A stretch of DNA of 64,000 nt from Lingula anatina (lineage: Eukaryota; Animalia; Brachiopoda), in assembly GCA_051362555.1 (NCBI GenBank), contig CM120640.1, forward strand, positions 56,336,788 to 56,400,787. The letters run 5' to 3'. The notes beneath the pieces are model-generated. The model saw nothing but the letters and a program-made list of their open reading frames with translations. It did not search any database and was not told the origin of the DNA. Both the position numbers and the translations under genes were made by a program. Shown here in pieces: positions 10,401-20,234 of this stretch (positions within the stretch are counted from its first letter, which is position 1; every line of letters starts with the position of its first letter).

Positions 10401-13400
10401 TTTGAAAGAAACCTGTAGCACAGGCAAATGCCTATGACTGTTGCTCCACATTGTATCTCAAGGTCTTATTAAGCACCCCGCACACGGTAAGCAATTGGCA
10501 AGCGCCACTTGCGCTGAGCCAGATGCTTGTGCTCCTCAGCTCCCCGCAAACGCTGCGCTCTTTGCTCAGCAGAGGTGCCTCCCGGCCTGCCCCTAGCGGA
10601 CGCACTGTGAACTGAGAGATCATGTGTTTAAGGAAACATTACATATTGTTGTTTTTTCTGATAGTAATGGAAAATGGTGACCACGTTAATCAATCAGACT
10701 AACTATAACTGTGTACATTTTGGTTGACTTTGCTGGGGGCTGCCATTTTTGTTTGTTTCCAGCTACCGGCACATGCGCATTGTTGGCATGACTTGAGCAA
10801 TCGGCGCCTGCACCCCGCACACGCTGAGCCATTTGCCTCAAGAGACCAAAAATATCAAACACGTGAGATATTTTGCTCAGCCGCGCGAGAGGCAAAAATC
10901 TCACCAAAATACCCCCACAAACGATGAGAAAACGGCGCAGCGCAAGTGGAGCGCGCCAAATGCTCACCGTGTGCGGGCCCCTTAAGATAACAATTTTAAG
11001 CTTAGACAAATCTCAAGACCAACCTGAATTTGAGAGCCAAGTTTGAACATCTGTCCTCGCTTGTACCAGTTCTGGGTTATTTGCCACTGAATTTGTTATA
11101 TAAGCACTGTGGGCAAGTTCTACCTCTCTTTGCACTTTTCTTCTCTTAATCTATTAGGATAGAAAGGAAACCATTTATGAAACTACATTGATATTTCAGA
11201 GCATTCAAAATAGAGTTTTAATCAGGACAGGAAAAAACATCCCTTTTGTGGCGTGATAATGTATTAACTAAAGTTATAAATTAAATGGTGTTAACAACAT
11301 ACCTTAAAATTATTTTACAATTAAAGAAACACAAACCCATTTACTTTGGTCTATTTTTGGATTTACTATTAAGACTATGAAGACCATGAATATGAAATGT
11401 TACATCCTCACATGTGCATACCTTCAATAACTGAACTTAAAATCAATCTGAATGAAAACACAAACATCACTTTGAAGTAACACTTAGATATGACTTGTGA
11501 GTGAATGTTTTTATTGTCTAGTAGAATTATGTAGAATGAGAAATATGAATAACTCTGATACTGGAACATACATTATCCATTTTACCTACACTGTGGTCTC
11601 AACCCGAGAGCTTTCATTATGCAGGTAATGACCTGGATGGATTAGTCACCTGACCTATTGTCATACAGCTAGGGAAAGTCTCCTAGTAATCAAGATCTTA
11701 CACCTTGTAAACATACATTAAAAAGCCACCCATAAATTTAGGATATCCTGAATAGAGGTTTATGAAAGCCAACAAAAAGAAAGTCAAAAAGCGCATTCAC
11801 CAACTCTGGAATGAGTGTAATGTACCTCACATATATAAGTGTGTATAAGTAACTACTCCATACATAACTGCACTACATGACAAACTGAAAGGCCATTTTA
11901 TATCATTTGGGATCTCAATATCATTCAAACCCATAAACACACTCTGAGAAAAAAAAAGTGAAGACAAACCCTGGAAAGGAAATAAATCCAATGTTGTGTA
12001 TGATGCTGTATGTGATGCTTCGGAAAGCTCTGAAACATACACTGGAGGAAAAAAATATTCTAAAGCATCAAAAAAAGAGGTTTGTGATACTGTTTCAGTT
12101 ACAGGCATTAAAATAACACAGAAGGTGAACTCCAAAACAGTGATTTTTCCAACACATCAGAGACATTGGTCACTTAATAGATGAGAAGGACTTCACCATT
12201 CAGGAGGGAAACTGGAGCAAACATGGCATCAAAGAAGCTATCCAGGAACAGGTGGAAAACACAGAAATGAGGCCTTAGGTTTTACATGTATGAGCGCATT
12301 CTCAACGAATTAAGCCAGGCTTTACAAAGCCGGTGACCTAAAAATGGCGGACGTACATGAAAGAAAAACCGCCTAATCTTTTAATAGTCTCTCCGCCTCC
12401 CCACACGTCGTCCCTGCGGGGTACAGTAATTAAATCTCGGCTCCGTTCGCCATGCGGAAGCTACCTGAGAAATATTAAGTGCGCATGCTCATCAGTTAAA
12501 CTCGTGGTGAAGAAGGCATAGCGGCTGAAGGCGATCGAAAAAAAAAGCTCTTCTGTTCTATTATCTTTGAAAACAGAGACGAAAAAGGAATAATTTGGCC
12601 CGTAGAGCAGCAATGAATCGACTATCTAAGGAGATAATATCACCAGAGATATTCACGGAAATATTAATGTTCGGAGCCGAGATTTAATTACTGTACCCCG
12701 CAGGGACGACGTGTGGGGAGGCGGAGAGACTATTAAAAGATTAGGCGGTTTTTCTTTCATGTACGTCCGCCATTTTTAGGTCACCGGCTTTGTAAAGCCT
12801 GGCTTAATTCGTTGAGAATGCGCTCTATCTCTTGCACACATGGAACAGGGTGCTAGAGATTATCCCTAGTCATATGCCAATAGATCATGTGACTAGTCTA
12901 TCCAGGTCATTACCTACTGAAGGTCACAGGTTGAGACCACCACTTTGGTCAGTTGCTAATGTAAGTTCCAGTATCAGAGTGATACATTTCTCAAACTTCA
13001 CAAATAATAAATTGTGATGCCCAGAAGGGGATTCACAAAATGCCAGCATATCACAGTTTGTATTCATCTTGTGCATGTATCCTCCAGATATCCAATAATA
13101 TGGTCAAATTTAAGCTGAACACATAAACATTTTAAAGTTTATCTTTAAAAATTAAAATTTACAGTGCCTTAATTGATTCAAAGAAAGCCCTGTCATACAT
13201 ACATGTACATAAGCTGATATGCAGGTACTAGTATAAATAGGTTGGTCCAGCACAAAGATTTTCTAACTAGGCTGACACGCCGTGTTAGTACAGTGACAAG
13301 CAAGGTAAGGCCTTTAAGTTTAAGTGAGCTTGAAGCCATATAAGTTTAACCAGTACCCTTTCTTGCATATCCCTTTTCTGCCGACTTACTGTCTCGGCAG

Positions 13401-13443
13401 ATTTGTCAAAAGCAGATTGCTGCTCTTTTCCTTGTCCTGACAT
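7459..13443 (-). CDS. ZNF451-like protein (C2H2 zinc fingers, UIM-like motif, C-terminal PIN-like domain); 3' exons lie outside the window
   Basis: Phase-compatible GT-AG exons: 13443-13390 (or -13357), 11150-11024, 10294-9693, 9439-9265, 8930-8734, 8579-7459. Fingers CPECGVLFK|RCRNCLEHMKTVGH and CPQCFEIFQSSELCKDHIETMNH. HQIVFLDLDNWPALFKKLP...VFVWAFIGG resembles the ZNF451 C-terminal PIN-like domain. ARTDVQTWL resembles the ZNF451 N-terminal region. The first coding exon is the least certain. Confidence 0.75.
10473..10981. mobile_element. GC-rich MITE, probably PIF/Harbinger-like, in a ZNF451-like intron
   Basis: Imperfect ~45-bp TIRs GCACCCCGCACACGGTAAGCAATTGGC... / ...GCCAAATGCTCACCGTGTGCGGGCCCC, with TTAA on both flanks. 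Sharp GC increase relative to the flanks. Confidence 0.8.
11552..12980. mobile_element. Old degenerate inverted-repeat element enclosing a younger MITE
   Basis: 11552-11690 (ACTCTGATACTGGAAC...GTGGTCTCAACC...GGTAATGACCTGGAT...CTAGGGA) is the diverged reverse complement of ~12850-12980. Confidence 0.6.
12292..12825. mobile_element. Young 534-bp MITE with 154-bp terminal inverted repeats (GAG...CTC termini; superfamily uncertain, Sola-like termini)
   Basis: 12292-12445 reads as the exact reverse complement of 12672-12825. TAT on both flanks. Confidence 0.9.
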
Positions 13444-13747
13444 AAAGCCTTTTTATTCCTGAAAGTGAAAAAAACTGAAAGTTATAAACTGAAGAGATTG
13501 TATGAACAATTAACGTACTACTATTCAAACAAGCCTTACACTTGCGTTTCCCTCCTTACTGTGCGTTTTAATTTTACTTTTTTTAGATCAAGATAGATCA
13601 GTGTAAAATCAAAGCAATATTTTCTTTAGTAAGCGCTATTTATTATTTATATACGTCTAACTACTGAATCTTCCCATTAGAACAGTAATTAAATATTCGG
13701 TCCTTCTTTTTTTCGAACTTTTATCGAACTTAAACACAGCACTTACT

Positions 13748-13913
13748 TTCCAACTTGAAATCTTTTTTACATTTCGCTCTTCTGTTAACTCTCGTGTAAG
13801 TCTCGATTGCGAGACCTTCCCAATTTGCGCCAATCACAGTTGTTTGCGACTGTCAGTGCGAGACTGTTGTAAATGTGAGAGTGCAGTTTTGCAAGTTGGG
13901 GGAAAAGCACAAA
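13748..13913. promoter_or_regulatory. Compact bidirectional promoter region shared by ZNF451-like (-) and PSMB2 (+)
   Basis: Putative minus-strand 5' UTR exon donor (GTAAGT) at ~13747; PSMB2 ATG at 13914. CCAATCA at ~13830 and local CpG enrichment. Confidence 0.55.
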
Positions 13914-16602
13914 ATGGAATGTTTGATAGGTATTCAAGGCAAAGATTTCGTTGTCGTCGCGGCAGATATGAAGTCTGCACGAAGTATACTGACAATGAAA
14001 CACGGTAAGCGTTTAAGTGTCACTGGAATGGCATGCGTAAAGCACCTATGAGGCTAATGGCTTAGTTCCTTTGTGAATTTGGTCGTTGTCAAAATATCGA
14101 ATATCGCAGTGTCTGTAACTATGTACTATAGCACATTTCTGTTTTATGAGTCTGGAAGATTTCTGAAATTTAAATAAAATATCATTCCGATACTCTCTGA
14201 CTCATGAATTAGTGAGGTCAATAACTACATATCTTTAAAAATCCCAACTATTTCATACCTCAATCTTGATTTATCTAGACCAAGACAAGATGTTCCAGTT
14301 AAGTAGCAAACTGATGATGTTAGTCTGTGGGGAATCAGGAGACACAGTACAATTTGCAGAATATATTGCTAAAAATATACAGCTTTATAAAATGAGGAAT
14401 GGTAAGTACATATTTTTTAAAGTTAATCCAATAATTAGCCTTCATCTCCCCTGTTTACTTTTTTTATTAACTGTTAGACTACAATCTAATGGTAAAAGTA
14501 AAGGGAGGGTAAGAGTACTTATCTGTTTACACCCTTACTGTACTGTAGAGCCCTTTCAAGTTTTTCCCATACTCCCAACCATCTCACTATGTCACTCACT
14601 TCTATATTTCAGCAAATAAATGCAATGAATTGATGTGTCAAAAGTAATCAAGTTTACCCCTTTCTGATACCAAATGATTTTCGCACTTTTTGATTGTGAT
14701 AATTTTGAGAAAATCTTTCAGCTTGTTGTTTCACTTCAATCCCTGGCATCCATCTGCCTAGCACAAAATTCATGTTTGATTCTAGCAAACTTAAAATGGA
14801 CAAAACCAGACTAGAAGGTCATTCAGAGAATTAAGGGAAATTGTATTGACTTAACCATGTGTTATAACTGAATACTAGTTCATGAGTGTTTATTTATGTA
14901 CATAATTTTTTTTTCTAAAGATCTTTAGTGATTTAATTTGCTTGTAATGTTTTTTCTTTTCAGGATATGAATTATCACCACATGCCGCAGCTAATTTTAC
15001 AAGGAGAAATTTGGCAGAATATCTCAGGAGTCAGGTATGTAGATGCTGAAATTATGAGAAGTTTGATAGGTATTGTGTTGAAAGATGATGTAATTGTAAT
15101 AGATATTTGTTGAGTTCAGACAATAAGAAAATCTATCTAAAAGCATAATTTTAATCAGTTTCCCTCCATTAAGATATACTTCTACAAAGCAGGGTGTAAT
15201 AAATGTATAGTGAAAAAAAATTAGCATGAGAATTGCACTGTGGATTTTAGTTAATTGATAAAAATTCTTATTATTAATTATAGACTCCATACATGGTGAA
15301 TCTGTTGCTGGCAGGTTTTGACGAAGAAAGTGGACCTGCTCTGTACTACATGGACTACCTGGCCTCCATGAACAAAGTGCCTTTTGCATTACATGGTTAT
15401 GGCTCTTTCTTTGCTCTTAGTATCATGGACAGGTATTACAAAGAAGGTGGGTAGTTATCTCTATTCATGTGCTCCGCATTTGACATATATAAATCAACTA
15501 TTTCATTTCCCTATTTGTGTATTTTTTGTTGTTTATCATCAATTTAGACAAATGAAACGTAAAATAACTTTGTTTTTATTTTGTCATGAAAAAGTTACAC
15601 CCTTTAGTGTATTAAAGTTAAAGACTGAAGGAAGTTGGATATAATTATATTTTCAGATCTCACACAGGAAGATGCAGTAAAGCTTGTACAAAGATGTGTT
15701 AATGAGGTAAATTGATTAAGAGACTGAAAAATTAATTTCAGCAAGTTATAGTGATGCTAAATCATAGGGACATGTAATGATATTTTTTGTTATTTCAAAT
15801 CCTGTGCATCATGGGCTCGAAATAGGACATAACATTTTTGACTTACTTAGCGGATAACAGTTTGTGTCAGATTTATTAAAGGTTGCGCAAAGTCCACATA
15901 ATGACCTGTTAAACGATTTATTCGTCGACGTTAGGTATCTACATATTATAAGTAAAGTCTTTAACTCTCCAAAACTACGTCCGTCTCCATGCTCCGTCTA
16001 TCTCAGTCTCCTTCTCTTCTCCCTTTCTTCTCCCTCTCTCTTCCTCTTGGCTCCCTAAGTATCAGTTCCAATTGCTTATATACTTATATATTTCTTATCT
16101 ATGGTCGATGCACACAAACTTTAATTACTTATAATTGTATAATTAATTTCTTTGCCTCAGCGTTATACAAAGAGGCCACAACATTACCCAAAAACTATTG
16201 GACCACAACACTTTACATCATATGACCTCATAAGATATCTTTTTTTATCTTTATGTTGGACACGACATATTGGCCTCAAAAGATTGTCTGTATCTTCAAA
16301 GACACCTGTAGGGCTTACAAAATTTTTGGGAAATGGCAGGTTGGTTGGTTGGACTTGTTTGGGTTGAACTCCCTGCAAATCGATGACCAAATTACAGATT
16401 CACATTTTGGATTCCCTGTACCCCGAATCTTGGGGAAACAACTGCCTTGGATGAATGATTTCACTTCTTTTGAAGTGTCTTTTGTGTCTTTCAGATCAAC
16501 AAAAGGTTTCTTGTAAATCTACCAGCATTTAAAGTCAGAGTGATCAACAAGGATGGCATTCAAGACCTACCTGATGTGAAACCAGTGCTGTCAACATCTT
16601 AG
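13914..16602 (+). CDS. PSMB2: Proteasome subunit beta type-2 (beta4), 201 aa, 6 exons
   Basis: Exons 13914-14004, 14279-14401, 14964-15034, 15284-15446, 15657-15706, 16495-16602 (606 nt, all GT-AG). [18 protein letters not shown]...[59 protein letters not shown]...[21 protein letters not shown]. Confidence 0.97.
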
Positions 16603-16932
16603 TAACCAAATGTGGAATAATAAACTTTAAAGCAACAGAAAATTAAATGCAACAACATTGCAGATGACACCCAAAAAACTGTTCGACTGTAGTTGTTTAT
16701 TCATGATGTTCATATGGTTATCATGTTGAATGATGAGGACTAGACTGCACAGTCAGATTGAAGTTCATCTTGTACATGGACCAAACAGTTAAAAGGACTA
16801 TGTTCAGTTTTATGTGTACAAGTCAGAAAAATGTGACAAATTTATTGTAATCAACTATGGTCATGACTAAAAGAAGCATCTTGTAAAAACTAATGAGATA
16901 TTTATGTCAACTGTACAGTCATTTTCATTCAC

Positions 16933-16963
<31 letters not shown>

Positions 16964-17929
16964 AAAATAAAATGTATTATTGAAAACAAGCTTTGAGAGT
17001 TGAAAAATTAAATTTGATAATATGCCTGCAAACAAGAAAACTTATTTAATGCTTAGCATTGCAAATATAAAGTTATCCCAAATAGGAATAAGAAAAAAAA
17101 ATCAAACATTGAGATTTTTTAGGTACAAAACATTTTCATCCCCCGACAATACCTGTGTACATTAGGTCACCCACTAATATTAAGTTTATTGTGCTTTCCA
17201 TGGATAATGTATTAATATTCCTGGTTGACATTTTAACCATTGTCACAATGTCCCATGAGGCCATGATGTATTACATGCACTGCCAGTGCAAGTCTGGTCA
17301 GCTACTAATTTAGCAGTTGTTAATAAAACTCATGATATTGTGATTACTTTTTGTTGAATGTCTGGCCATTATCGCACTGTTCAAACAGAACGAGGGTTCA
17401 TGGAAGTAGGCTTCTAATAAAATACCAAGATATAATTTTGCTAGGGGATAAATAATGCAAGTAGAAGTGGGGGTGAAATGCTCTATTTTGACCCAGTATC
17501 CTTGACCTTATGCCTCCTAACCTTTCCCCAAACTTTAAAAAAGCTTATTTTAGATAATGAGGTTCCCTAGAATACTGGAACCCATTAAACAGCTGTAGTG
17601 CAGATGCAGACAATGCAAAAGTAACCTACAAGGTTTGAGATGATATTTTGAGTCTATACTCTCGTAATATAGCATAAGTTTTACATTTTAATGAAAAATA
17701 ATTTCCCAAATCAGCATGTCTCTGTGAAGGTCTGTGGTTTTCGTCAGTTGTTTGGTTTTCGGGGTTGATTTTGCAGCACTGAATATGTGAAAGGCGTTTT
17801 ATTGAGCCCAAATGAGTATCGTTTGGGAAAGCGAAATAATCATTTTGTTTGAAGACACCCCACCAAGCCCAACATGAGATCATGAGGTTCAACGAAAACG
17901 AGGGCATGTGGTGGAGAAAAGTACACGTT

Positions 17930-18028
17930 TCATTTGATTGGATAATTTAGGTCATATGATACCTTTTTGAAAGACTTCCGTCGACGAACAGACAGACTGG
18001 CACAGGTCTCATTGAATTTTACGAGCCG
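17930..18028 (+). promoter_or_regulatory. Probable promoter and non-coding first exon of the EB1 gene
   Basis: Reverse CCAAT (TGATTGG) near 17935, local CpG enrichment, and a strong donor CG|GTAAGT at 18028/18029. The coding exon has an acceptor at 20214, upstream of its ATG. Confidence 0.45.
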
Positions 18029-20234
18029 GTAAGTTTTATTGCAGATCATTGTTGAATTAAAAATGTAGAGTCACCCATGACCGATGCTTATACAGAAAGA
18101 ACAGTGACCTAATAAATATCACAAAGTGAAAGACATTGTACACCATTTGGGCATTTTAAATGCGACTTCATTCCTGGGGATCGGACTTCACACAGTCATC
18201 TCTGCGTTTTTTGTATGAATTTATTTGTCACACATGTATTCCGATTGCTCTCAATATACCATGCCAGCATAATATCACAGCGCTACAAGTAAATGTTTTT
18301 CAAGGTTTTATAAAATTTATTTAATGTTCCATTTCATTTTAACATACTCTGAAATCGGCGAAAATGAATGCAGAGGGAGTGACATTGACAACTCTTGTCG
18401 ATAATGTGTAAATTCTGAATCATCAGTGCCAATCGGAAAATCTTAACTCTCACAACATGCATTTAGGGCAGGCAATTTTTGTTTTTCAATTTAAACACAC
18501 TTAGAAGGTCATGTATTTCTTGCGTTTTTATTTTTGTGATTTTAGTGAAGGCGAAACTGACCTGCTCCTGTGTGGGAGTGCCCCTACAATGTCATCCCCA
18601 CATTTCCTTTTACTTGTACTACTAACTCTGCACACTGTTAAAAACAATGAGAAAGTTTGTACCCTGATATGAGAGCTCTCAAATATTTTTCTTACTACTC
18701 AGTTGCAAAATCACATTGTTAAAAAAGCAAACCAATCTTTCAAGGCATCGTCACTAGAATGAATGGGAACTCTTTTGATTATCATAGAGAAGCTATTTTA
18801 TGCATGTACCCATGCACTAGACATATCTCCTGAAATAATTTTTTATGACGTTTAAAGGGTAACATTGTCAGTTAAAAACATTTGTTTTCTCCTCCACAGT
18901 GTATCATCTCGAGTCCATCCAATGTCTGCTGGGAGTGACCCACACGTGACCCACTTACAATCATTATTTCTATTTTGTGTAGCCTCCTATCATCATAGGG
19001 AACATTCCCATGAAACTATCATTCTATGAAGATTCATCCAACTTTGCAGAGCCTCTTGCTGAATGCAATCAGATTAACTGAATGACATGTGACGTCTCCT
19101 TTGGTAGCTAGGGGGAACACTTGGCTTCTGGAAGATTTTTTTACTTCATTTTGAATGCAACCAAGTGCACATGAAAGTTATTTGCTTACCCCTCAAACTG
19201 CTTGAGGAAGCATGTCACTCAATTTTTATTAATATTTGAAGACAAAAAAAAAAAATAGCATGCCCTACCAAGTCCCTGTCAGACATAGTTCAACTTAAAA
19301 TTAGCATATATACAGCATGTGGCAATCCTGTCAAGTAATTAGTCAGCATGATTATTATATGCCAAGTATTATTGTTGTATACCAAATTTTATTTTTGACT
19401 CAGGCATTTATCTGATAGATAACTTAGGACGTTTTACTCTAGGCAGATATTTCTTGTGGAAAAAGCATTGATTGAATGTGATTATATAATTATCATGTTA
19501 CCAGTACCACTGGGTCATGGGAATATATGACCATCTCTTGTCCTCAAGGTAGCTCTACAATCTAGGCAAGGTGTACAGTAATTGACACATTCCATAAAGA
19601 TATGGTATATCTGAGTTTATAGTTTAAACATGATGTTATTTTGTTCCCACCCAGAATGACTACCCACTGGCAGCATTACTTTTTGTTTCACTCTATAGTT
19701 TGATTACTGCTAGAATGGATCATTTCTTTCAAACTTCAGTTTTAAACTTGTTATTACTTGCTAAATATATGTAATGGTTAACATGTCATCAGTTTTACAA
19801 TCAGATGTTATTATAACTTATTTAGGAAGGCCATTTGACTACAAGCTGTCGTGAAATGTAGCAGGAATGACTAGAAGCTAGAAAATAATTGTTGTGAAAG
19901 CGAATTATTATGTGCAGTTAAGTTTGTAATGCCTGTTTTGAGGGGATGTGATAATGTAGGTTTGAAAATTACATACACTGCAGTTAACTGAAACAGCATG
20001 TTTACATATTATTTGAGAAGGCAAAAAAATGTACAAGTCTAATAAATCGTCAAAACAGAAAATGTCATGGATAGGAAGAAAAAAACGCATTTACAAAAAA
20101 GGAAGATATGTGTTTGAGAATGTCAATGGTAAGTTATGCTCAGTCATTTCAAACAAATTTTTCTGGTAAGTCTTTCTTCACAATTACTGATCATCTGATT
20201 TTTCACATTTTCAGGAAAAGATCCAGCAGAAAAA

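Noticed and set aside
15850-16480. Cluster of short ORFs in PSMB2 intron 5
   Set aside because: No recognisable motif. Probably a decayed insertion, but the family could not be supported by eye.
16933-16961. Poly(A) run after PSMB2 suggesting a retrocopy
   Set aside because: The gene retains all five introns, so this is a genomic A-tract.
18899-19190. Possible extra EB1 upstream exon after a good acceptor (CTCCTCCACAG)
   Set aside because: No convincing donor, frame or homology. Cannot be supported without transcripts.
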